DNA of 64,000 nt from the IMG/VR virus record IMGVR_UViG_3300024520_000047, positions 181,875 through 245,874 of that record. The stretch is one strand, 5' to 3'. This document shows positions 10,127 through 20,104 of the stretch, in pieces. Made by a program: the position numbers and the translations under genes. The stretch's first letter is position 1; the number at the start of each line of letters is the position of its first letter. The notes beneath the pieces are model-generated. The model worked only from the letters and a program-made list of their open reading frames with translations, made no database searches and had not been told where the DNA came from.

Positions 10127-10906
10127 ATGAAATTAATAGAAGAATCTCTTATAAAAAATGATAAAATTATTAAAGAGTTAAAAAATAAAGCTGCCCAAGA
10201 AGGTGGAAAGAGACACCCTAACACTAAGGATATTTTTAATAGTAATACACAAAAAGGGCATTCCCAATTGGGCCAATATGGGGTAATCAAATCTATTTTT
10301 AAAAAATTGGAGGTAACCAACAAATATTATGTAGAATTTGGTGCAATGAATGGAACCTCACTATCAAATACTGCCGATTTACGAATACATGAAGGTTGGA
10401 GTGGTTTATTATTGGAGGGTACGTCACAGAGTATGCCCAATATTAATTTACATGGTAATACATGGGTTACTAAAGACAATATTAATGAAATTTTTAAAAA
10501 ACATAATGTACCACATATTTTTGATGTGTTAAGTATCGATATAGATGGTAATGATTATTGGGTGTGGGAAGCATTAAATTACGCCCCCCGTTTAGTAGTG
10601 ATAGAAACTAATCCGGGAATATCTAACGAATATCCAGTTGCCATTGAAGAGAATTGCCAAAATACAAATGAGGGTTATTTTGGGGCAAATTTACATGCTT
10701 TTTATGATTTAGCAAAACACAAAGGTTATGAATTAGTTACTACGTTAAGGTGGGATGCTTTCTTTGTAAAAAAAGAAGAATTTCATAAATTAGGGATACC
10801 ATTGATAAGTAAAAAAGAATGCATATCAGAATATTTCCACCCTTCGCCATTTTGGCTTAACTTTAAAAGTAATAAAAAATGGATACATTTAGAAAATAAA
10901 AAATAA
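10127..10906 (+). CDS. FkbM-like SAM methyltransferase
   Basis: YYVEFGAMNG...SNT, GLLLEG, VLSIDIDGNDYWVW. Confidence 0.7.
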   Translation: MKLIEESLIKNDKIIKELKNKAAQEGGKRHPNTKDIFNSNTQKGHSQLGQYGVIKSIFKKLEVTNKYYVEFGAMNGTSLSNTADLRIHEGWSGLLLEGTSQSMPNINLHGNTWVTKDNINEIFKKHNVPHIFDVLSIDIDGNDYWVWEALNYAPRLVVIETNPGISNEYPVAIEENCQNTNEGYFGANLHAFYDLAKHKGYELVTTLRWDAFFVKKEEFHKLGIPLISKKECISEYFHPSPFWLNFKSNKKWIHLENKK

Positions 10907-10940
10907 AATCGATGAAGACTATAAAAAAAATATTTTATAA

Positions 10941-11795
10941 ATGATAGAAATATATTTTGCTCCTGCGTGGGGTTTATCTAATAAAGAAATGACCGATTGG
11001 TATAAAAAGCAGACACCTAGGAATGAGGGGGTATGGGAAGATACTATTTGTGTTTATGATAAAAACGAAGCCAATTATATTATAATGCAAGACACCACAA
11101 CTGAAAACATAGATAAAACTAAAACAATATTTTTTGGAAAAGAGCCTAATCATATAGCCAAACATAGGTGTAATAACTGTATGAAAGAGTTACACCATGA
11201 AAAAGGTAATACTTGGATGCCACAAGTTTGGTGGTTAGACTTTACTTATGATGAGTTAATAAATTTAAAACCATTCAAAAAATCAAAAAATCTAAGTGTT
11301 ATAAATTCAATTAAACAGTCAACAGAAGGCCACAGAAAAAGAATTAATTTAATAAACAATTTAGTTAAAAAATACCCTATAAATGTTGATGTTTGGGGTT
11401 CTATCACTAGTGGTAGGGAAAACACAGGGCCTTATAAAACTAAGTTACCACCAAAAGATAAGAAGAATGGTATATTACCCTACAAATACCACCTAACTAT
11501 TGAGAACGGTTCTTCACCTTATTATTTTTCTGAAAAAATTGTCGACCCTTTACTATGTTGGTCAATGCCTATATACTGGGGTTGTAAAAATATAGATAAA
11601 TTTTTACCTAAAGGCTCATATATTAATATTGATATTAATAAGAAGGGGGTTGAAGATGAAATAATTAGTATTTCTAAAAGTAACATTATGGAAGAGAATA
11701 TAGATAATATTGCTGAGGCAAGAGAGTTAATGTTAAATAAATATAATTTATGGCCTACAATAAAAAAATCTTTCATCGAAGATAATTTTTTTTAA
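10941..11795 (+). CDS. GT10 family alpha-1,3/4-fucosyltransferase-like
   Basis: YKYHLTIENGSSPYYFSEKI...PIYWG is the GT10 fucosyltransferase motif. Confidence 0.8.
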   Translation: MIEIYFAPAWGLSNKEMTDWYKKQTPRNEGVWEDTICVYDKNEANYIIMQDTTTENIDKTKTIFFGKEPNHIAKHRCNNCMKELHHEKGNTWMPQVWWLDFTYDELINLKPFKKSKNLSVINSIKQSTEGHRKRINLINNLVKKYPINVDVWGSITSGRENTGPYKTKLPPKDKKNGILPYKYHLTIENGSSPYYFSEKIVDPLLCWSMPIYWGCKNIDKFLPKGSYINIDINKKGVEDEIISISKSNIMEENIDNIAEARELMLNKYNLWPTIKKSFIEDNFF

Positions 11796-11798
11796 AAA

Positions 11799-12536
11799 AT
11801 GAATAAACTATCAATCCTATCACCACTTAAAATAACGACTAAAAAACAATTTGATATTTTTGTAAGGTGTTTATCTACATATAAAAATATAATACAAAAT
11901 GAAAATACAGAATTTTTAGTGGTTAACGAATCTACCGATAATTTTAGAAATATGGTAGAAGATGAAATAAAATCTATAAAAAAAAATGTTATATTTTTAA
12001 ACGTTAATGGTATGGTAAATTCAGTTAAGGAATTAATAAAAAAATCAAAAAATAAATATATAATGTTTTTTTTAGATGATGTTGAATTATTATTTGAACC
12101 TAATACGTGTATTAATGATTGTATTTCGGTTATGGATGAAGATGATTCCATAGACCAAATAAAAATTGGCGGTGGTAAAGTACATAGCTCTAATGAAAAA
12201 CAAATAGACGTATTTAAAACAACACACCAACCAGTAAAAATTAATAACAACATTGTATGGTTAAATGAATCAAGTAAGGAAGAACCGGCATACCTAATTT
12301 CACAATGGAATAGTATTATGAGGTCTAAGTTACTTAAGAGTTTAGTTAAAAAATTAAACACTAATTTTAATAACTGGGATGCTTTTACTGTTCAATGTTC
12401 TAAAATATATAATAAAAAAAGTAAAGAAACTAAAATTGGTTGGTTAAATTTGAGCCCTGGTTTATATGCTTGGGGAAGGACCCAAGTTTCTTTTGAAAAC
12501 TACAAATTAAATTATGATAAAAACAATAGGGGATAG
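11799..12536 (+). CDS. GT2-like glycosyltransferase (divergent)
   Basis: KYIMFFLDDV DxD-like motif; glycosylation operon context. Confidence 0.5.
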   Translation: MNKLSILSPLKITTKKQFDIFVRCLSTYKNIIQNENTEFLVVNESTDNFRNMVEDEIKSIKKNVIFLNVNGMVNSVKELIKKSKNKYIMFFLDDVELLFEPNTCINDCISVMDEDDSIDQIKIGGGKVHSSNEKQIDVFKTTHQPVKINNNIVWLNESSKEEPAYLISQWNSIMRSKLLKSLVKKLNTNFNNWDAFTVQCSKIYNKKSKETKIGWLNLSPGLYAWGRTQVSFENYKLNYDKNNRG

Positions 12537-13107
12537 TCATTCAGATAGTAAATGGAGTAATTGGGCTTCAGTACCAGGTGTAGAAACCAATTGGTTGAAG
12601 GGTCAGGGTAAACTAGCTTATTCTATCGGTAGAGATGGTATTAATATAACTGATTATAATATAATGGAGGGTGATACTGTTATTTTTTGTTTTGGTGAAA
12701 TAGATTGTAGGTGTCACGTACATAAACATATAACTAAAAATAAATCGTATAAAGACGTTATTGATGGTATTGTTTTTTCTTATGTGAATGCTGTTAAAAA
12801 AAATGTAAATACCATACCTAACACTAGATTTTGTATATACAATGTAATACCACCCGTTAGAAAATTAAAAGTACACCAAAATCCAGAATACCCACATTTA
12901 GGTTCTGATAATGATAGAAAAAATTATCATGAATATTTTAATAAAAAATTAAAAGAACAATGTGTAGAAAATAATTTTGTTTTTTTTGGTGTTTATGAAG
13001 AATATTCAGATGAAGAAGGTTTTTTAAAAAAAGAAATGAGTGATAATAATGTACACCTAAGAGACCCTAAACCAAGGATTAATTTTATTAAGAAATATTT
13101 AATATAA
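12514..13107 (+). CDS. SGNH/GDSL hydrolase-fold protein (possible acetylesterase or acetyltransferase)
   Basis: IGDSH, FGEIDCRCH, C-terminal DNNVH (DxxH). Confidence 0.65.
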   Translation: MIKTIGDSHSDSKWSNWASVPGVETNWLKGQGKLAYSIGRDGINITDYNIMEGDTVIFCFGEIDCRCHVHKHITKNKSYKDVIDGIVFSYVNAVKKNVNTIPNTRFCIYNVIPPVRKLKVHQNPEYPHLGSDNDRKNYHEYFNKKLKEQCVENNFVFFGVYEEYSDEEGFLKKEMSDNNVHLRDPKPRINFIKKYLI

Positions 13108-13113
13108 GTAATT

Positions 13114-13836
13114 ATGGAACCACTAAAAAAATGGCAAGAATTAACACAAAAAGAAAAAGAAAATTTTACTTTAAATAATAAAATTAAAGTAAAACATTGG
13201 TTAATAGATGGTAGGAATAATAAAAGTAAATTAAACGGTTTTTATGATAAAAAACTGGTTAATTCAATGATTGAAAAAATAAGAAATAAGGAAGTTAGTT
13301 ATTACGGACAATCAGATAAAGAATTATATGCCCTCTTAGAAAAAATAAATCTAAAAGATAAAAATGTTGCTATAATAGGTTCTACACAACCTTGGTATGA
13401 ATCTATAGTTATACATTATGGTGGCAAACCCGTAACTATAGAGTATTCAAAATTAAAAACAAATGATGATAGATTAAAATTACTAACAGTAGAAGAATTT
13501 TATAAAAACCCAGTTAAGTTTGATATAATATTTTCAATATCGTCTTTTGAACACGATGGATTAGGTAGGTATGGTGACCCAATAAACCCTTTTGGGGATA
13601 TTGACGCTATGTCAAAAATGAAAGATATTATAAAAGAGGATGGTTTATTATTCCTAGCTGTACCAATAGGTTTAGATACTATTTTTTGGAATGCTCATAG
13701 AATTTATGGTGAACATAGATACCCTAAATTAATAGAAGGCTGGGAAATTGTTGATAAAGTGAGTTTTAATGAAGGTAGATTAAAAAAAGAAAACGGAATG
13801 TACCAACCCGTTGTCGTATTAAAAAAAAAGAAATAA
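13114..13836 (+). CDS. DUF268-like methyltransferase-fold protein
   Basis: IIGSTQPWYE...SISSFEHDGLGRYGDPINPFGD...LAVPIG. Confidence 0.7.
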   Translation: MEPLKKWQELTQKEKENFTLNNKIKVKHWLIDGRNNKSKLNGFYDKKLVNSMIEKIRNKEVSYYGQSDKELYALLEKINLKDKNVAIIGSTQPWYESIVIHYGGKPVTIEYSKLKTNDDRLKLLTVEEFYKNPVKFDIIFSISSFEHDGLGRYGDPINPFGDIDAMSKMKDIIKEDGLLFLAVPIGLDTIFWNAHRIYGEHRYPKLIEGWEIVDKVSFNEGRLKKENGMYQPVVVLKKKK

Positions 13837-13838
13837 AC

Positions 13839-14372
13839 ATGTTAAAATTACATTTAGGTTGTGGTGATAAAATATTACCAAACTTTACAAATATAGATAT
13901 AAGACCAATGAAAGGCGTTGATTTAATTGAAGATATTAGTACGCTAAAGAAGATAGAAGATAATAGTGTTGAATTGATTTATGCTTGTCATGTTTTAGAA
14001 CATTTTGGTAGGTATGAATATGTTAATGTTTTAACTAGATGGTTCAATCTATTAAAGGATGGTGGTAAATTGAGGTTAGCGATTCCAGATTTCGAAAAGG
14101 TCGTAAATTATTATAATGAAACTAAAGATTTAAAAAAAATAATGGGTTTTTTATATGGTGGGCAAACTTATGAACAAAATTACCATTACTGTACTTGGGA
14201 TTTTAATACAATTAGTGAAGACTTAAAGTCTATTGGTTTTAAAGAGGTTTACAAGTATAACTGGAGGGATACTGAACATTCTGAAGTAGATGATTTTTCA
14301 CAAGCATACTTACCACATATGGATAAAGAAAATGGTGAACTAATGAGTTTAAACATTGAAGCAATTAAATAA
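13839..14372 (+). CDS. Class I SAM-dependent methyltransferase
   Basis: LHLGCG, IYACHVLEH, LKDGGKLRLAIPD. Confidence 0.85.
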   Translation: MLKLHLGCGDKILPNFTNIDIRPMKGVDLIEDISTLKKIEDNSVELIYACHVLEHFGRYEYVNVLTRWFNLLKDGGKLRLAIPDFEKVVNYYNETKDLKKIMGFLYGGQTYEQNYHYCTWDFNTISEDLKSIGFKEVYKYNWRDTEHSEVDDFSQAYLPHMDKENGELMSLNIEAIK

Positions 14373-14379
14373 TATTAAT

Positions 14380-14931
14380 ATGGAACTAGAAGTACAACAA
14401 AATTTAAATACGGATAATTGGTTCAATTACCAAGATTTTTATAAAGTAATTTCCGAAAAGGATTTTAATGTTTTTATAGAAGTTGGCACATGGAAAGGCC
14501 ATTCTATTTGTTATTTAGGTAATTTACTTAAAAATAAGAATGTTAAGATTTATGCGGTAGATTTATGGGATGAAACATATAAATACGAAGATAACCCCAG
14601 ACTTAAAAAACAAAAAGTTATTTTACATGATATTTTTAAACAAAACCTAAAAAATAATGGTCTAAGTGATAAGATTGTAGATATTAAGAGTTTATCATGG
14701 GAAGCCGCATCAAATTTTAAAGATGGAGAAGTAGATTTTGTTTTCATAGATGCCGACCACGAATATGAGTCTGTGATTAAAGATATTAAAGCGTGGTTAC
14801 CCAAAATCAAAAAAAACGGTATAATTTCAGGACATGATTACTTTAACCCTTGTGGGGTAAAAAAAGCCGTAGATGAGATTTTCGGTGATGACGTACTGTT
14901 TAACGGCCCTTGTTGGTTTGTAGAATTATAA
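14380..14931 (+). CDS. Class I SAM methyltransferase (Methyltransf_24-like)
   Basis: IEVGTWKGHS, AVDLW, FVFIDADHEYE, GIISGHDY; start moved from 14356 to the ATG after the upstream stop. Confidence 0.85.
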   Translation: MELEVQQNLNTDNWFNYQDFYKVISEKDFNVFIEVGTWKGHSICYLGNLLKNKNVKIYAVDLWDETYKYEDNPRLKKQKVILHDIFKQNLKNNGLSDKIVDIKSLSWEAASNFKDGEVDFVFIDADHEYESVIKDIKAWLPKIKKNGIISGHDYFNPCGVKKAVDEIFGDDVLFNGPCWFVEL

Positions 14932-14934
14932 AAT

Positions 14935-15543
14935 ATGCCTATATCAGATAAATATAAATTAATTTTTGTTCACATACCTAAAAATGCTGGTACTGCGATA
15001 ACAAACACTTTAGAGATGACAGATATTGGTCATCATGGCTGGGGTTATTATAAATATAAGTACCCTAACAAATGGCAAAATTATAAAAAAATAAGTGTTA
15101 TTAGAAACCCTTGGGATAGGATTGTTTCGTGTTATGAATACGCTAAAATGGAGAAAAGTTATTGGCACGCAAAAGAAGGTAAGGCTAGAGCGGGTAAACA
15201 TTTAGATTATGATTTACTAAAAGACAAATCATTTGAACAATGTTTAGATATTTTAAAAAACACACCTCAAAAATTAAAACACCAAGGTTGGAGAAACCAA
15301 TCAGACTACATATATAAAAATAACCAACTAATGGTTGATTACACTCTAGATATGGATGAAATTAATGATAAATTAGGGGACATACTTGGTTTTGAAATTA
15401 ATATACCTAAAATCAACGTTAGTAATAATAAAAACTATAGAGATTATTACGTTAACAATAATTTAATAGATATTGTATCTAAAAATTATAAAATAGATTT
15501 AATAAATTTTAATTATGAAGAATCATTTAATATCTTATCCTAG
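14935..15543 (+). CDS. Sulfotransferase (family 2-like)
   Basis: FVHIPKNAGT (5'-PSB loop) and IRNPWDRIVSCY (3'-PB motif). Confidence 0.85.
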   Translation: MPISDKYKLIFVHIPKNAGTAITNTLEMTDIGHHGWGYYKYKYPNKWQNYKKISVIRNPWDRIVSCYEYAKMEKSYWHAKEGKARAGKHLDYDLLKDKSFEQCLDILKNTPQKLKHQGWRNQSDYIYKNNQLMVDYTLDMDEINDKLGDILGFEINIPKINVSNNKNYRDYYVNNNLIDIVSKNYKIDLINFNYEESFNILS

Positions 15544-16171
15544 GTCGGGTAATCATTGGGTTAGGTTTATTGTGGAGTGGTTTTCTGGTAAACCAACTAA
15601 AGGTATGAGCAAAGACGATAAACCCATATATATTAATTTAGTTAATAAGGATACTCTAAGTCATGTCTCTGGTACTGATTATATACTTTTTAAAAATCAT
15701 TGGTACTCAAACATTAAACCTAATGAAAACTTAATTTTAATAGTTAGAAACCCCAAGGAAGCTATTATGAGACATAAAAATAAATTTACTGATGATGATT
15801 TAAAATGGTTTATGGGTTTAATAAAATCTTTTCATAACCATAAAGGTAATAAAATGTTAATTTATTATGAAGACCTGCTAACTCAACCCGAGAATAACAT
15901 AGAAAAACTTTTAAAATTTTTAAATATTTTAGATAAAAAAAAATTAAGTATTTTTATGAGTAAGTATGAAGAATTATTTAATGAATCTATAAATGTTTAT
16001 GATAATACAGGTAAAAAAGAAATAATTTCAGGTGGTAAAGGTAGGGTTTCTAAGACTAAGGGTAAGAAATTAAATTTCCATAGTAATTCATTAACCAATA
16101 AAGATAATCAAAGATTTATAAATTATTTGAACAAGAGTGGGGTAAAAAAATACATAATTAGATATGAATAA
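15515..16171 (+). CDS. Sulfotransferase (family 1-like)
   Basis: ISYPRSGNHWVR and IVRNPKEA PAPS-binding motifs; IYYEDLL. Confidence 0.75.
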   Translation: MKNHLISYPRSGNHWVRFIVEWFSGKPTKGMSKDDKPIYINLVNKDTLSHVSGTDYILFKNHWYSNIKPNENLILIVRNPKEAIMRHKNKFTDDDLKWFMGLIKSFHNHKGNKMLIYYEDLLTQPENNIEKLLKFLNILDKKKLSIFMSKYEELFNESINVYDNTGKKEIISGGKGRVSKTKGKKLNFHSNSLTNKDNQRFINYLNKSGVKKYIIRYE

Positions 16172-17192
16172 AAAAGTTTTAATCACAGGCATCAATGGTC
16201 AAGATGGTTCATATCTTGCAGAATTATTATTAGAAAAAGAATATGAGGTGTGGGGTATCGTAAAAAGAAATTCGGTTTCTGAAACACAATCAACTAGGAT
16301 TGAACATCTATTAGAAAATACACGTTTTAATACTGAATATGCAGATTTAACTGATATGGCCTCCTTAATTAGGGTATTATCTAAGATACAACCAATAGAA
16401 ATTTATAATTTAGCAGCCCAATCACATGTTAGAATTAGTTTTGACCAACCAATTTATACCGCAAATGCAACAGGATTAGGAACACTTAATTTATTAGAAG
16501 CTTGTAGAATGGTTTCACCTAATTCTAAAATATATCAGGCATCATCTTCTGAAATGTTTGGTAATAATATTGACGAAGATGGTTATCAAAGAGAAACAAC
16601 ACCAATGAACCCCGTATCACCTTATGGTTGTGCAAAAGTATTTTCATATAACATTTGTAGAAATTATAGAAATTCATATGGGATGAAAATATGGAATGGG
16701 ATATTATTTAACCATGAGTCACCAAGACGTGGAACTAATTTTGTAACTAATAAAGTGGTTAAAGCAGCGGTTAGGATAAAATTAGGGTTACAATATAATT
16801 TACAACTCGGTAATATGGATGCAACTAGAGATTGGGGCCATGCAAAAGATTACGTTGAAGCTATGTGGTTAATGTTACAAACAAAAAATCCAGATGATTA
16901 TGTTTGTGCTACTGGTGTTTCCCACTCAGTCAAAGATTTGGTTGAATATACATTTAATTCATTAGGTTTAAATTATCAAGATTACATTCATAAAAATGCA
17001 AAACATTTCAGACCTGAAGAGTTAAAAAATTTAAAAGGTGATTCTAGTAAAATAAGAAATGAGTTGGGCTGGGAGCCTACATATACATTTGAATCTATGT
17101 TGGATGAAATGGTAGAATATTGGATTGATTATTATGGATTTGATTATTTGCGATTAGAAAACGGAAGCTTAAGATTTCAAAAAAGAAATTAA
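16164..17192 (+). CDS. gmd: GDP-mannose 4,6-dehydratase
   Basis: ITGINGQDGSYLAE, NLAAQSHV, SPYGCAK, GILFNHESPRRG, RDWGHAKDY. Confidence 0.97.
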   Translation: MNKKVLITGINGQDGSYLAELLLEKEYEVWGIVKRNSVSETQSTRIEHLLENTRFNTEYADLTDMASLIRVLSKIQPIEIYNLAAQSHVRISFDQPIYTANATGLGTLNLLEACRMVSPNSKIYQASSSEMFGNNIDEDGYQRETTPMNPVSPYGCAKVFSYNICRNYRNSYGMKIWNGILFNHESPRRGTNFVTNKVVKAAVRIKLGLQYNLQLGNMDATRDWGHAKDYVEAMWLMLQTKNPDDYVCATGVSHSVKDLVEYTFNSLGLNYQDYIHKNAKHFRPEELKNLKGDSSKIRNELGWEPTYTFESMLDEMVEYWIDYYGFDYLRLENGSLRFQKRN

Positions 17193-17195
17193 AAC

Positions 17196-18131
17196 ATGAA
17201 AAGAATATTAGTAACTGGAGGTAATGGATTAGTTGGGTCCCAATTCGTGGGTGAAAACTATGCTTATTTCTCATCAAAAGATTGTGATTTAAAAAATACT
17301 GGAGAAACAGAAAATTTATTTAAGGATGGTTGGGACGCTATAATTCATTGTGCCGCTAAAGTAGGTGGATTAGGTGGAAATATGAATTTTAAAGGAGAAT
17401 TTTTTTATGATAATATCATGATAAACACAAATGTTATAGAATCTGCTAGAAAGTTTGGTATTAAAAACTTAGTGGCATTCCTATCTACATGTGTTTTTCC
17501 CAATGATGTGGAGTACCCACTTACCGAAAAAAAGATTCATTTGGGTCCCCCACACTTTTCAAATGATGCATATGCATATGCAAAACGTATGGCAGATGTC
17601 CAAATTAGAGCATATAGAGAACAATATGGATTAAACTATAAATCTGTTATACCAACCAATATTTATGGTCCCAACGATAACTTTGATATAGAAAATGGGC
17701 ATGTTGTACCATCATTAATCCATAAATGTTATATTGCAAAAGAAACAGGAACACCTTTAACAATATGGGGTAGTGGAAAACCATTAAGAGAATTTATATT
17801 TAGTAAAGATATTGCTAAATTAACTGAATGGGTATTAGATAATTATAATGAAGATGAACCAATTATATTATCTACTTCAGAAGAAATATCAATTAAAGAA
17901 GTGGTGGAGATGGTAGTTGAGTTAATGAACTTTAGAGGTAAAATTATATGGGATAAAGATAAGCCTGATGGGCAATTTAGAAAACCTAGCGATAATAGTA
18001 AAATTAAACATTATTTACCAGATTTTAAATTTACTTCATTATATATGGGATTAGCTGAAACTATTTCTCATTTTTTAAATAATTATGATGTCCTTAGAAA
18101 AGGAAACTATACACTTTCAGACCATATATGA
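17196..18131 (+). CDS. fcl: GDP-L-fucose synthase
   Basis: VTGGNGLVG, CAAKVGG, LSTCVFP, YAYAKR, PTNIYGP, WGSGKPLREF, DGQFRKP. Confidence 0.95.
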   Translation: MKRILVTGGNGLVGSQFVGENYAYFSSKDCDLKNTGETENLFKDGWDAIIHCAAKVGGLGGNMNFKGEFFYDNIMINTNVIESARKFGIKNLVAFLSTCVFPNDVEYPLTEKKIHLGPPHFSNDAYAYAKRMADVQIRAYREQYGLNYKSVIPTNIYGPNDNFDIENGHVVPSLIHKCYIAKETGTPLTIWGSGKPLREFIFSKDIAKLTEWVLDNYNEDEPIILSTSEEISIKEVVEMVVELMNFRGKIIWDKDKPDGQFRKPSDNSKIKHYLPDFKFTSLYMGLAETISHFLNNYDVLRKGNYTLSDHI

Positions 18132-18144
18132 TTAAATTAGTTAT

Positions 18145-18723
18145 ATGAGTAAAAAAATCATTTCAATACAGATTGATGGGGTTATTAGAGATACTGTAGA
18201 TAAAATTTTGGAGATATATGAAGCAGAAAATAAAATAACTCTGGAAAGACCCCTACCTTCCTTAGACTTACAAAAAGAATTAAATTTTAATTCCAAAGAA
18301 GAGTTAATAGATTTTATTTATGTGGAATCACCTATGCGGGTATTCGGTTACGCGAAAGAAATAGAAGATGACAGTGTATTATTTTTAAATGAGATATATA
18401 AAAAATTTAGAGATACTTATAAAATTGTTCTTTTTTCTAATGAAGTAGAGAAATCTAAACCCGCAACTCTAATGTTTTTAGCTAGAATAGGTTGTCTTAT
18501 AGACAATGTACAATTTTACCCACTAGAAGATTATAAAACTATATGGACTGAAAGTGATATTATAATTTCAGCTTCAACTGAAATTATAAAAAATAAACCA
18601 AAGGATAAAATTTTTATTAAATATGAAAATTACTACAATGATGATGTAAAATCAGAATTTAATATAAATTCCCTTAAACAATTATTAGAAAATGAATATT
18701 TTGAAAGAAATGAATTCGCTTAA
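18145..18723 (+). CDS. HAD/NT5C-like protein with degenerate catalytic motif
   Basis: ISIQIDGVIRD equivalent to the IDIDGVLRD motif I, nucleophile Asp replaced by Gln. Confidence 0.5.
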   Translation: MSKKIISIQIDGVIRDTVDKILEIYEAENKITLERPLPSLDLQKELNFNSKEELIDFIYVESPMRVFGYAKEIEDDSVLFLNEIYKKFRDTYKIVLFSNEVEKSKPATLMFLARIGCLIDNVQFYPLEDYKTIWTESDIIISASTEIIKNKPKDKIFIKYENYYNDDVKSEFNINSLKQLLENEYFERNEFA

Positions 18724-19009
18724 AGATTTCCAACTCGATATCATGGGAATGAAAATGATTATCGATATGGACGAATTAATAACTCAGGTTATACTTGATA
18801 AAAAAGAAATTGATGGTAAACTTGTTGATGATTTCGCTATTAATGCCCCAAAATATGAGATTTTTAGAATACTGTTAGAAGTAATTCTAACTTCTCAAGA
18901 AGAAATGGATAATAAAATGGGATATAAAAGTCTTGATAATTCAGGATTTCCCTTTAAATTAGCATTTAATACCTTAATCGAACATAAAATTTTAAAAGAA
19001 ATTAATTAA
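18692..19009 (+). CDS. Hypothetical protein
   Basis: 105-aa ORF overlapping upstream gene in operon. Confidence 0.6.
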   Translation: MNILKEMNSLKDFQLDIMGMKMIIDMDELITQVILDKKEIDGKLVDDFAINAPKYEIFRILLEVILTSQEEMDNKMGYKSLDNSGFPFKLAFNTLIEHKILKEIN

Positions 19010-19011
19010 AA

Positions 19012-20103
19012 ATGACAGAACAAACTGAAAATGCGAAAAAAATAGAAGAAGCACTTAATATTGTTAAAAACAAAGAATCTAAAATCTATTTTCTTACACA
19101 AGACACTAAAGGAAGACCAGCCGCGTCTGTAACTTATATTTATGAATTAGTAAGTACACTAAATAATCTGGGATATAATGCTATTATTCTTCATGAAAAA
19201 AATGACTATAAATTAAAGAGTGATGATGAAGGAATGGGCATTGAAGAATGGCTAGGGTCCGAATATACAGAATTACCACACGCTTCAGTGGAAGAAGGAC
19301 AACTCACTGTTGGTCCTTCAGATTTCCTTATAGTTCCAGAATTATTTGCTCATGTTATGGAACAGACAAAAGATATGACATGTACTAAAATAGTTTTATG
19401 TCAAGCTTATGACTATATTTTTGAAATGTTACAACCCGGAATTAATTGGGCACATTATGGTTATCATAAAGCAATAACAACTTCTACTTCCACTAAAGAG
19501 TATATTAATAGTATGTTTCCAAATATTGAAGTGAGTATAATTCCAGTAAGTATCTCAAATAAATTTACACCGATTGAGAAACCTAAACAGCCTCTAATAG
19601 CTATCCACACTAGAGAACCTAGAGATACGATGAAAATTGTAAAAGCTTTTTATGCGAGATTTCCACAATTTAAATGGATTACATTTAGAGATATGAGGGG
19701 GATGACAATAGAACAATTTAGTGAAGCTTTAGAGGATGCGTGTGCGGGTGTATGGGTTGATGACGTTTCTGGTTTTGGAACCTTCCCATTAGAATGTATG
19801 AAGGTAGGAATTCCTGTTATAGGTAAGATACCAAACCTCAGACCTGAATGGTTAAGGGAAGAAAACGGTTTTTGGACGTTTGAACAAAATCAAATGGTGG
19901 ATATTATAAACGCCTTTATTAAAACGTGGTTAGAAGATAGTGTTCCTGAAAAATTATTCACAGAAATGGAAGAAACAATAAAACCATATGATAGTGAAAC
20001 ACAAAAAAAAGAACTTACCACAGTTTTTGGGGGTCTTTTTGGTAGCCTTACCACAGAATTAGAAGGGGCATTAAATAAATTTACAATAAACGAAGAAAAT
20101 TAA
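19012..20103 (+). CDS. Glycosyltransferase, GT-B (GT4-like)
   Basis: DFLIVPE; SGFGTFPLECMKVGIPVIG resembles EGFGLPxLEAMxxGxPV. Confidence 0.7.
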   Translation: MTEQTENAKKIEEALNIVKNKESKIYFLTQDTKGRPAASVTYIYELVSTLNNLGYNAIILHEKNDYKLKSDDEGMGIEEWLGSEYTELPHASVEEGQLTVGPSDFLIVPELFAHVMEQTKDMTCTKIVLCQAYDYIFEMLQPGINWAHYGYHKAITTSTSTKEYINSMFPNIEVSIIPVSISNKFTPIEKPKQPLIAIHTREPRDTMKIVKAFYARFPQFKWITFRDMRGMTIEQFSEALEDACAGVWVDDVSGFGTFPLECMKVGIPVIGKIPNLRPEWLREENGFWTFEQNQMVDIINAFIKTWLEDSVPEKLFTEMEETIKPYDSETQKKELTTVFGGLFGSLTTELEGALNKFTINEEN

Positions 20104-20104
20104 T

